A stretch of 63,700 bases of DNA, filler included, from Welwitschia mirabilis (lineage: Eukaryota), in NCBI GenBank assembly GCA_051453625.1. It is 5 parts of one record of this genome, joined end to end, with 100 filler letters (N's around TTAATTAATTAA, not from the genome) between each part and the next. Parts side by side here need not be neighbours in the genome. Positions count along the whole stretch, not along the records: positions 23,671 to 51,384 come from JBOZIK010000001.1; 4 more parts are not named here. One strand, given 5' to 3'. Below are positions 37,886-49,800 of the stretch, one piece after another. The translations under genes were made by a program, and so were the position numbers. Position 1 is the stretch's first letter, and each line of letters starts with the position of its first letter. Below the pieces are notes generated by a model that was not told the DNA's origin, did no database searches, and saw nothing but the letters and a program-made list of their open reading frames with translations.

Positions 37886-40800
37886 TATAGGATATAATGG
37901 AACAAAAATAATGAAGATGAGATTGAGAATCACATACTTTATGATGAAGATGATCTTAAATTTATATAAGGAAATAAGCTTATCAACTCTAAATGAATTG
38001 TATAAAAATTAGGAAAATAATTTAACACCTTTAAACTAATTGTAGAAAAATTAGAAAACTAACTTAATAGCTCTAAAATGAGTGTAGAAAAATTATAAAA
38101 TTAACTCTAACTTTTTAATTCAAATGCAACAAAAAATTTAAACTTAAACTAACTGCTAATCATAATTTCAACTAACTTATTCAAATCCAAAACTAACTCC
38201 AGCAAAAGATGAAATCTTTAATACTAGTCCTTACTTATTTTTCTATAAATTCTCAAACTCTTTCTTAGTTCTTCAAATTTGACTTTAGATAAAGCTTTTG
38301 TAAGAATATTAGCTAATTAAACTTTACTTCTATAATGCATTAGAATAATCTTCTTGTTTTCTAAACTTTTTAAAGAAAATAATACTTAATGTTAAAATGC
38401 TTTGTCTTACCATAAAATACTAGATTATTAGAGATAGCTATAGAAGCTAGATTATCAACAAAATTTTTTGTGGATTTCTTTTAATCATGGTTTAAATCTA
38501 ACAAAAAATTTCTTAGCCATAAAGCTTGATTAGTAGTTACTACAGTAGCTATGTTTGTTACTTCAGTAGTTGATAGAGCTATTACATCCTACTTCTTTGA
38601 ACTCCAAAAGAAAAGACCTAAACCAAGGCTAAGCAAATAGTTAAAAGTGCTTTTCATATCATCGCTAGAACCTACCTAATCAATACCATATAAAACTATG
38701 CAAATNNNNNNNNNNNNNNNNNNNNNNNNNNNNNNNNNNNNNNNNNNNNNNNNNNNNNNNNNNNNNNNNNNNNNNNNNNNNNNNNNNNNNNNNNNNNNNN
38801 NNNNNNNNNNNNNNNNNNNNNNNNNNNNNNNNNNNNNNNNNNNNNNNNNNNNNNNNNNNNNNNNNNNNNNNNNNNNNNNNNNNNNNNNNNNNNNNNNNNN
38901 NNNNNNNNNNNNNNNNNNNNNNNNNNNNNNNNNNNNNNNNNNNNNNNNNNNNNNNNNNNNNNNNNNNNNNNNNNNNNNNNNNNNNNNNNNNNNNNNNNNN
39001 NNNNNNNNNNNNNNNNNNNNNNNNNNNNNNNNNNNNNNNNNNNNNNNNNNNNNNNNNNNNNNNNNNNNNNNNNNNNNNNNNNNNNNNNNNNNNNNNNNNN
39101 NNNNNNNNNNNNNNNNNNNNNNNNNNNNNNNNNNNNNNNNNNNNNNNNNNNNNNNNNNNNNNNNNNNNNNNNNNNNNNNNNNNNNNNNNNNNNNNNNNNN
39201 NNNNNNNNNNNNNNNNNNNNNNNNNNNNNNNNNNNNNNNNNNNNNNNNNNNNNNNNNNNNNNNNNNNNNNNNNNNNNNNNNNNNNNNNNNNNNNNNNNNN
39301 NNNNNNNNNNNNNNNNNNNNNNNNNNNNNNNNNNNNNNNNNNNNNNNNNNNNNNNNNNNNNNNNNNNNNNNNNNNNNNNNNNNNNNNNNNNNNNNNNNNN
39401 NNNNNNNNNNNNNNNNNNNNNNNNNNNNNNNNNNNNNNNNNNNNNNNNNNNNNNNNNNNNNNNNNNNNNNNNNNNNNNNNNNNNNNNNNNNNNNNNNNNN
39501 NNNNNNNNNNNNNNNNNNNNNNNNNNNNNNNNNNNNNNNNNNNNNNNNNNNNNNNNNNNNNNNNNNNNNNNNNNNNNNNNNNNNNNNNNNNNNNNNNNNN
39601 NNNNNNNNNNNNNNNNCTCTATTATATTTACTTAGCTTCTCATTTTACATTAGGGGAGTGATTATAGGCTTGTAGTATTCCATCTTAAACTTCTTAATAC
39701 TTCTTTTGCATATCTAAATTTCCCAATAACAATTCCTTTCTATAGCTACTAAATTTTCATACCAAAAAAATAAGAACATCTCTTCTAGATTAATCTTTTC
39801 ATATACTTGCATCATTTAATATTTAAGTTATTTCACCATTCTAACATTACTTCCTATTATAAGTAGGCCATCAACATACAAAGAAATAGCAATTAGGTTA
39901 CCATTAGTAATTTTCACATAAAGAGTTAATTCACTCAAACTTTTTTTGAAATTAATTTGGAGTAGATGGTTATTAATCCTACTATGCTAGGCTCTTGAAG
40001 CCTACTTTAGACCATACAAGGCATTCTTAAGTATATAAACCTTATATTCATTTCCTTTTATAATAAAACCCTCTAGCTGATCAACAAATATCCCATTTAG
40101 GAAGGTTGCCTTGATATCAAGCTAGTAAAATCTCTAATATTTTGAGCCACTAATGTCAATATCATTTTGATAATGTCAAGTCTTACTACTAATGCAAATG
40201 TCTCTGAGAAATCCAAATCAAATGCTAAAAATATCCTTTAACAACTAGTCTTATCTTGTGTTTGTTAATAGATCCATCAAGGTAAACTTAATTTTGTATA
40301 CCCACTTTATTCTAATAGATTTCTTATGGTTAGGTTTACCCATTAAGATTCATGTCTGACTTTTCTTTATCATTCTCAACTCCTCCTTCACTGCTTGAAT
40401 TCACTTTGAATCCATTGAAGCTTCTTCATAGCTGGCAGGCTCAAAAATAGCTAGGTTACATCTTGCATAGATATCAACAAGTGATCTTGTATCTCTTACA
40501 AGTTCATGATCATATGTTCCATCATCAATTGTATCATCCTCCTACTCCTTCTACATCAATACAGGCCTTGGAGTAAGTTTGTTAGGCTTCACTTCTATTT
40601 TTTTCTAACTCCAGGCTATAAGTTCATTGAACTTAATGCTTCTGCTAACTATCACCTCTATAACCTTTGATGATACTACTGTAGCCCACAAAATTCTAAC
40701 CTCTAACCTATAATCCATCTTATCTTTCTTTACATCTAAAATATGTTTGTAGCATATATTTACAAATACCTTCAGATTTTATACAGAAGGTTTGTAACCA

Positions 40801-43217
40801 TGCCAAGCTTCAAATGGTATCTTTTTCTTTAGTATTTTTTGAGTCTATTAAGTAAATATACTAAATTACTAACAGCCTCTGTGCAAAAATTCTTAACCAT
40901 TTTCTTTTTAAAAAGTAAATACCTAAACACCTCCATAATTATTCTATTTTTTCTGCCACTTACTCCATTTCGTTAAGGAGTTTAGGTTGTTGTAAATTAA
41001 TGCTTAATTTTACATTTTCATAAAACTGATTAAAATTATCAGAAGTATATTTAGTCCCATTATCTAACCTAACCACCTTGATTTTCAAACCACTCTGGTT
41101 CTCAATTTAGTTCTTAAATTTTCAAAACACATTGGCAATCTCAAACTTTAATTTCAAAAGTAAACCCAATACATTATACTAACATCATCAATAAATGCAA
41201 CATAATACCTACTACCACTGAAAGATAAGGTTTTCATTGGGTTACAAACATTAGTATGGATAATTTATAGCTTTTTAGTTGCTTTCTAAGCTTTATTAAC
41301 TAGAAATGATTATCTAAATTTCTTTTTCAATTAACAAATCTCACATACTTCATGCTTTGCTGTAATCATTGGCATATCTTACACAAGATTATTCCTTTAT
41401 GAGAAATGTAATGCAGAATAATGAAAATACTCTAATAATTTTTGTAAAAGTTCATATTGATCAACTAAACTAGGATATGCAGAAGCAGCATATTTTCAAT
41501 CCAAAGTGAAGCACTTATCTTTCAACTTCAGTTCATAACCAATAAAGTCCTATATTATGCATGTGTTATGTTTAAAAAACATAGCATAATTCTTCTCTAA
41601 TAGCTAACCCATACTTAGAATATTTTTATTATTTTTATATATATAACACATATTAAACAAGTTTAATATCTATTGGAGTTTCAACTACTACCACTCCTCT
41701 TTCTTTGAATTCAAGATAATATCTATTACCAATTTTGACCTTTGAAATGCATTTCCTATCTAGATCCCTGAACATACTCTCATCAAAAGTTATGTGGTGA
41801 CTATAGCATTATCAATTAGCAATTCATCACTACTTTTATTAGTTTCAAAATAAGTTTTAATAAACAATTGCTTTTTTGGCTTCTACTAGTTTTCTACAGC
41901 TTATGCTTGATGGCCTTACTACTTATTCTTGCAAATCTTCTCCATGTGTCTCATTTATTTATATGACTTGCACTAAATGTCAAGTTTAAACTAGTAATAC
42001 TTACAATGATTTGATGTCTTCTTGCAATGTAAGCATGGAGGAAATTTTCCTTTATTTCCTCCATCTTTACTACTTGAAGCTCCTTTCTTATGTCTCTAAT
42101 CTCTAGTTTATTTCCTTCCTATGTTGCCTGATTGTGCATTTTTTATTATCTCATATTGAAATGCACCTTCAATCACTTCTTCTTATCTAATTACCCTTCT
42201 TTGTTTTTTGCTTTTAAGTCATTAGTCAGCTCTATAAAATTAATCTATGAAAGATCTCTTAAGTTCTCAAGTGAAGATATTTTTAACTCAAATCTTTAGG
42301 TAAGCTAATAAGAACTTTCTCTACAATCTTTCTATTAGTAGGCTCTTCCCCAAGCAATCTAATCTTATTAACTATGGCCTTGAGTTTATTTACATAGAAT
42401 GCTCTCAAATTCCTTCATCATTTAAATCTTAAATTTACTTTTAAGATTCAACATTTAGATACTTTTGGTCTTGTCATTGCTTTTATATTCCTTCTCAAGT
42501 GAATCCCAAACTTTATTTGGAGTTTCATAAGTTATTATCTTTATGAAAACATCCTATGGGAGTGTATAATAGATGCTAGTTTTAGCTTTAATTTTTTTTG
42601 ACTTCTCCTCCATGTGAAGTTTAATCTAAGATAAGATTGGATTATCTAGTAGTGGTAGTGGATCCAAGTCATTTTCCACCATCTCCCACAAGTCAAACAC
42701 CTATAAAAAGGCCTTTATCTTAATAGTCAAGAACTATAGTTTTCTCTAAAAAATAGAGGAAGTAAGGATGGGAAGTTGTTTAAGGTAATTGGGTAATTTT
42801 TTGGGGTTGAAAATTAAGGTTTATAAAAAAGGTTTCTCACTTTCACAGTCCCCTTAAAAATGAGGTACTCTAATATCAATTGTAGGATATAATAAAAGAA
42901 AAATAATGAAGATGAGACAGAGAATCACACATTTTATTATGAAGATGATCTCAAATTTATATAATAAAATAAGCTTAACAACTCTAAACTGATTGTAGAA
43001 AAATCAGAAAACTAACTTAATAGATCTAAACTAATTGTAGAAAAATCAGAAAACTAACTTAATAGCAGTAAACTGATTACAAAAACATAGGAAACTAACC
43101 CTGACTTTTTAATTTAAATGAAATAAAAAATTTAAACTTAAACTAACTGCTAATCATAATTTTAGCTAACTTATTCAAGTACTAAACTAATTCTAGCAAA
43201 AGATGTAATCTTTAACA
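37886..43217 (-). mobile_element. Full-length decayed Ty1/copia element (Ivana/Oryco-like), ~5.3 kb, nested in unit B
   Basis: LTRs at 37886-38223 and 42881-43217. Perfect TSD AAGAC at 37881-37885 and 43218-43222. Reverse PBS ACTCTAATATCA at 42867-42878. The empty site is visible in unit A near 30940. Confidence 0.92.
38240..42790 (-). pseudogene. Copia gag-pol pseudogene
   Basis: Gag IKIKAFL*VFDLWEMVEND; RT KNALYGLK and AISLYVDGL; C-terminus TKALSKVKFEELRKSL. Many stops and a ~0.9-kb gap. Confidence 0.88.
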
Positions 43218-44067
43218 AAGACAAATGGTAGATCATATAGAGGATGTGTTATAGCTTTGCTAGAATATTATTAAAACTATTAAGACTAGGGGGGTCTATT
43301 TTCACAAAAGTAACCTGTGCCTCAATCCTATGTGGTGACATCATACACAAGCATCCATTAGGTTTTTTTTGAAATCTAGATGTTGATAAGGCCACCTTTA
43401 CTCATAAAATAGCAACACTTCTCCTATTTTAGCAAGTAGCATCATCGCTATTAAATCCATTCACTTTCAAATCCAATAAAAATACTATGTACAAGGACAC
43501 TCATCAAAATGGTAAAAATGGTTCATAGCTCATATGTTTCTTAAATATGACATGCTTTTCTCACCTTTTCTTTCCTAACATTATGGCATAAAAACTTGTA
43601 TTATACTTATAACAAAAGAATTTTGTCACTTATTAAATGTATTAATGTCTTAAACAATCAGTTTAATCTCAGAAAGTTAGATATCTAAAGAGTTTAGATG
43701 TCTCAAAATAATGTATCATGTTCTCTAGGAAAAATCATTACTATAGGAAACATGATAGAAGAGAATGAATATGAAAGAAAGAAGCTAGTTTCAATCATAA
43801 AAGAAGGCCTAAAGTTGAAGAAAATAGATGAAGATCAGAAAGATGAAAAAAGCTTCATTTGCAAAATTATTCAAGGTGATGAAAGATATTTTACATGATA
43901 AGATCGAGAATATCATTATCTCTAATTGTATAATGGAGTCTCCATGTTTTCTTATGATAAGAAAATACGGCTAAACCACAAAAATGAAGCATATTATGAA
44001 GCCTTGAGTATTGAGTGAGAGTAGTATGTCCTCTTATATGACTTCTAAAAAGACAATGAAGACTAAT

Positions 44068-44940
44068 CTAGAGAATGCCATTATGGAAGAGTTGCAAAAG
44101 ACAGTTCAGAAATACAAGAATAAGAAGTCCAACATGAACAATATTCATGCTCAATCTATGATCTAATAATTCTGGAGTGAAGGAATAACCCAAATGCAAA
44201 AAATTTATGATGAAAAATTGATCACTATAGTTATTAGAAGAAGAGAAGGAACAAGAGATTATGGAATATGATACAATAAACAATGCACATACATCCTTTG
44301 CATCTTGACAAAAGCATTAATAGCTTAGCCATAGGAGATATGCATATGAATCCATTCAACTAAGTTATCTACATCATTATTACTTTTAAATAGTGGAATT
44401 CTACTAGTCATTATCTCTAATAGTACTACTCCAAAATTGTATACATTCCCATTGGTTGTAGACCTCAAGGTATGTAAGTACTCATGAGGGACATACCCAA
44501 ATGTGCCTATTATTATAACTCGCATGTATTTCTTTGAGATTCAATGGCCTTGTCATCTCAAAATTAGAGTCAAATGGATTAAAATTATTATTTGAGAGTA
44601 TGTTACTTTCTTTTACATCCTATGTACAACTTCATAAAAATAGTCATGATGGAGAAATTTTATTGCCATGATAGTACCTATTCCTATTTTAGCCTTTTAG
44701 GATATTCAAGATGTGTATCTCTATTATTTATAATGAATCATTGTTTACTTTCATTTAAAATAGTATATTTGATCTATTCAGAGCTTCATTTCATCAAACT
44801 CTAGTGACTCTAATGGTGTTGATATGGTCTTCATGACAAGATTCATTGAAGCATGATTTTAAAGTTCGCTAAGCAATTATTGAAAGTTTGATCTTGTCAA
44901 AAATGCATCTAAAGCAACATGTAATTCATTTCTCATGAAA
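44068..44940 (-). pseudogene. Receptor-like kinase pseudogene, copy B
   Basis: IIGTFGYVPHEYLHTLRSTTNGNVYNFGVVLLEIMTSRIP...NLVEWIHMHI and FLHLGYSFTPELLDHRLSM. Colinear with 31816-32700. Confidence 0.88.
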
Positions 44941-45999
44941 TTATTCCCTATTCATTCATGAGAAAATCTATTTCTATCCTGTGTGCATAATGCATTGATG
45001 CATCTAGTCTTAGCATGTTATAAATTATATGGAAGTGGATGACTTATAGTCAAATATCTATTCACATAAAGTAAATGCAAAGAAAGAAGCTAAAAGGAGG
45101 TCATAGGCAGTATCATTCATAGAAAAACTACTTATTTATTTTATATCCATCAAATTTAACACTTATGGGTTTTGGATTATAATGTGCAAAAGTGCTAAAA
45201 AAGCATTAAAAGAAGCATAGAACAAAGAAGTGTGAAATGGAAGAGACTACAATTTCTAGGACTCCGCTAGGTAATTGGTGGTAAGTGATGTTATTTAGAA
45301 AAAATAAATAGGACTCATTTAATTTGATGAGTGAACATAGGAACCATTAGAATTTTTTAAACATGAACTAGCTCTTCGCATAACTAGGTTTTGAAAAAAT
45401 CTTTTAGAGTTCAAATGAATTTCCAAATGCATATTTTTAAATAATTATCTATTACTTAAGTCTATTGCAAATCTTGATTTCCTTTATCCCATATATCTTT
45501 CATTGATAGTAATCTTATTCTTATGGGATCGATTTAAATTTTTGTAGAAGTATCTCTTAACATTCTTAAGGTTTTTTATTTGAATATCAGAAATGCTTAT
45601 TATTATTATTAATAGATGGATTCTAAAACTTGGAAGTGTTATATATACTTTACAATAAGTTAGAAAAGAGATGTTACAAAGCTCCATTATATTATTAAGA
45701 TAATACTCCATCCCTACTAAATAGGTAAATACCAAAAAATTGAAAATTTTAAGTATTCTATATAAATTCATGAAAAATACCTTTACCTAATTAAACATTT
45801 TAGAATTTTTTATTGAAATTTTATATATGTTATTTGTTAAATTTACAAATTTTTTCCCTCTTATTGAATTTTTAATTTATATTATTCGTTTAAAAAATAT
45901 TTACTAATGTATGAATTACTTTTATTAAAAATATAGATAAATATTTATAAACTCAGGCTACTATTATGTTTGATTTTCATTTAATACTTTTGATACAAA

Positions 46000-46520
46000 T
46001 ATTGTAATGGCTTCTTTAAGTCAATAATTAGAAGAGAAAATTAAGTAAATAAGGTAAAGTTTTCATATGATAAAAGATAAGCGAAGGATAATAGAATTTC
46101 ATGGAGAACTTTGTTGTTTTTTTAAAAAAGTTTCACCATTTAAGGACATATTTCATTTTAGTAAGAAAGGCAATTTAGCATTCATATTTCTAGGGGCATA
46201 TCAAATAATAAAAATAATAGGACCTATGGCTATGAATTATCTTTACTATCATAATTATCTTCACTTCATAATGTCTTTTATGCTTTATTAGTGAGGACAT
46301 GTATTTGTAACATAACAAAAATTATTTCCATTCAAAAAATGAACATTAAACTAGATTATACATCTGAAAGATTTACCATATAAAATTTTGAATAAAAAGC
46401 AAGTTATACTCAAAGGAAGAGTAATTCAATTTTATGAAGTATAATAATTAGAAGAGACAAAAGCAAAAGCTACTTAGGTACATGAAATAGATATATTATA
46501 GTGGAAACCTAAGCTTTTTA
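46000..46520 (+). pseudogene. Tekay integrase C-terminus remnant, copy B
   Basis: KKVSPFKDIFHFSKKGNLAFIFLGAYQIIKIIGPMA resembles LKVSPxKGVxRFGKKGKLSPRFIGPF. PPT TAAGAGGTGGAAAA lies at ~46546-46559. Confidence 0.85.
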
Positions 46521-46559
46521 TTCAAGTTTCCAATAGAAAACATTTTAAGAGGTGGAAAA

Positions 46560-46838
46560 TTTCACATCTAGATTTCTAAAAATCTAAGAATTTAGTCCAA
46601 TAGTTAAATAAAAACTAAATGAAAATAATTTTACTCTTATGGAGCTCACTAAAATTATTTAATTTTTACATTCTTTGTTTATTCTTTATTCATTAGCATA
46701 TTATTATTTTTGAAGATATAATTCTTTACTTTTCTATTTAATTAATATTTTTACTAGCTAAATTTGTTGTTATATAAATATTATTTTATTTTATTTTGTA
46801 ACTATTACATTTAATATAACATCATTATTATATTTCCT
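46560..46838 (+). repeat. Tekay-like LTR 3 (5' ~280 bp, interrupted by the Sirevirus-like element)
   Basis: Colinear with 34442-34720, with homology stopping abruptly at TATTGG (46839). Confidence 0.75.
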
Positions 46839-49800
46839 TATTGGTAAAATCTAAGTTTGATGATTTTACTTATCAAATATGATGCATTTAATGTGTAGAT
46901 AGGATATTAGAGAACATCTAAGTTACAAATAGGGATCAAGATAGTCAAATCTCAAAGCTTAAAGTTCATAGAAGATTTAAATCAAAGTTCATGAAGGATA
47001 GACAAAAATGACTAGAGACATTTGTAGATTTGAAGATGTTTATGGTAAAGACACCTATTATCTTAAAGATGTTTACACTGAATCTGAAGCTGATAGTGGT
47101 GAAAGATGTTTATCTTGAAAAATATGTCTATATTAAATCAAGGAGGTAAAACAGATAAATACATTTAATAAAATTGTTAAGAACCCATGGTTATTAATTA
47201 ATTTAATGAGTTTTTGTAGCTAGTCCATTATGCAAAGTTCCCTAGCACCGGGCGACCAACTCTTAAGACCAGGTGACTGACTTATTAAAAAACTGTAATA
47301 CTACTTTAGAATTGGATGACTGCACACATAACATCTGGCAACTAAATGGATGTAGATTAATAAAATGGCTAGTTGAAGAATAGGCAACAGAGTGCGTCAT
47401 ACCAGGTGACCAATCTGACACATCAGGAAGAAGACCGATTCAATAATAGGTGACCGAAAAATCATATTTGGGTGATCCAATTTGAGCCTATGTGTAAGAA
47501 CTTGGGTAAAGATGGGCGACTGCTAAATGAACATGGACGGCTACATTACAATCTGTGAAATTTAGTCTGATGACAGAACGAATGACTATCTAATTCAGAT
47601 GAGTGACCACACAATAATCAGTAAAGCTTGAATCTAGCAAATGTAAGGGTGACCAAAGGACGTAATTATAGGCGATTGCATTCTGCCCAGAATCTACCCT
47701 CATAAGGTCAACCAAGTAATAAATGTTAGGACGACTGAGTAAAGGTCGATTGCATATAAACATAAGGATAGCCGAATATGCACTGTTCTGTACTGAGAAA
47801 TATGTGACAAACAAGGATAACCGAAGGTTAGAAATAAGGGCGACCGCAGGTTTCGGCTACTGAGTATTATATCAAGGTTGACTGTACAAAGAAAAAATGT
47901 AACTATTATGATTTTAACTATTCATCAAAAAGAATGCAACGGTTCATTAAAAGTGCAAGGGTACCTTATGCATCTTTAGTATTTAAGCTCTCTTCTAATT
48001 AAAAGAGACAAATGTTTTTTTCTTATAAGATCAGAGATTAAAAAAGAAGAACGATAATGCTTTTTCAGCATTATATTTGAGCTAGTTTCAAGTTCAGATT
48101 TCTAATTGAATCTACCATTGCACCTACTTATAGGAAGAGATTGCTATACCTATGAAAGAAAATCTGTGCATCCATGCATTCTTCTTTCTTCTATTCATCT
48201 GTGGTTGAGGATTAGCGATAAAATCCTTTGTGATTATGAAAGGTTATTTAGTAAGCCTGAAAACCATTATTNNNNNNNNNNNNNNNNNNNNNNNNNNNNN
48301 NNNNNNNNNNNNNNNNNNNNNNNNNNNNNNNNNNNNNNNNNNNNNNNNNNNNNNNNNNNNNNNNNNNNNNNNNNNNNNNNNNNNNNNNNNNNNNNNNNNN
48401 NNNNNNNNNNNNNNNNNNNNNNNNNNNNNNNNNNNNNNNNNNNNNNNNNNNNNNNNNNNNNNNNNNNNNNNNNNNNNNNNNNNNNNNNNNNNNNNNNNNN
48501 NNNNNNNNNNNNNNNNNNNNNNNNNNNNNNNNNNNNNNNNNNNNNNNNNNNNNNNNNNNNNNNNNNNNNNNNNNNNNNNNNNNNNNNNNNNNNNNNNNNN
48601 NNNNNNNNNNNNNNNNNNNNNNNNNNNNNNNNNNNNNNNNNNNNNNNNNNNNNNNNNNNNNNNNNNNNNCAAGGACAAATGGACGTTGGACAAAAAATTA
48701 GCTGCAACTTGAAACTTCAAAGGTATAAATGCCATCTTCTATGCTATATGTCCAGAAGATTTTAAAAAAGCTATGAATTGCACCATTGCCAAAGAAGCTT
48801 GGGACATATAGGAAATTGCTTATGAAGAAATCAATCTAATAAAGTAAACTAAGCTTTAGATGCTAATCACTCAGTTTGAAGATTTAAAGATGGAATANNN
48901 NNNNNNNNNNNNNNNNNNNNNNNNNNNNNNNNNNNNNNNNNNNNNNNNNNNNNNNNNNNNNNNNNNNNNNNNNNNNNNNNNNNNNNNNNNNNNNNNNNNN
49001 NNNNNNNNNNNNNNNNNNNNNNNNNNNNNNNNNNNNNNNNNNNNNNNNNNNNNNNNNNNNNNNNNNNNNNNNNNNNNNNNNNNNNNNNNNNNNNNNNNNN
49101 NNNNNNNNNNNNNNNNNNNNNNNNNNNNNNNNNNNNNNNNNATGGCACTACCTACCATACATGAAATTCCTAATACCAAAGATGAATCTGACCAAGAACC
49201 AAAAGTGATAATGAAGTGGCTCTTCTAGCTAGAAGATTTAGATGCTTCATGCAGAGATGACAAGGTGGAGGTCAATCTAAGAGACTGTCAAGAAGGAAAA
49301 AGAAAGGACGTCATAAAATTTAGTGCTATTCATGCAAAGGTTTTGGTCATACATTAAATGTCTACTCAAATAATAGAANNNNNNNNNNNNNNNNNNNNNN
49401 NNNNNNNNNNNNNNNNNNNNNNNNNNNNNNNNNNNNNNNNNNNNNNNNNNNNNNNNNNNNNNNNNNNNNNNNNNNNNNNNNNNNNNNNNNNNNNNNNNNN
49501 NNNNNNNNNNNNNNNNNNNNNNNNNNNNNNNNNNNNNNNNNNNNNNNNNNNNNNNNNNNNNNNNNNNNNNNNNNNNNNNNNNNNNNNNNNNNNNNNNNNN
49601 NNNNNNNNNNNNNNNNNNNNNNNNNNNNNNNNNNNNNNNNNNNNNNNNNNNNNNNNNNNNNNNNNNNNNNNNNNNNNNNNNNNNNNNNNNNNNNNNNNNN
49701 NNNNNNNNNNNNNNNNNNNNNNNNNNNNNNNNNNNNNNNNNNNNNNNNNNNNNNNNNNNNNNNNNNNNNNNNNNNNNNNNNNNNNNNNNNNNNNNNNNNN

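Larger units (their letters stand above)
28212..46838 (+). mobile_element. Tandem LTR-sharing, non-autonomous Tekay/chromovirus-derived array carrying an antisense receptor-kinase fragment
   Basis: 28212-30940 aligns to 35346-37885, and 30940-34720 aligns to 43218-46838. The order is LTR end, PBS (30178; 37115), kinase on the minus strand, integrase C-terminus, PPT, then LTR start TGTCACATCC (34442) or TTTCACATCT (46560). Confidence 0.72.

Noticed and set aside
43698-43898. 66-aa charged ORF downstream of kinase copy B
   Set aside because: It is not open in the unit A counterpart (~31420-31630) and is compositionally biased.
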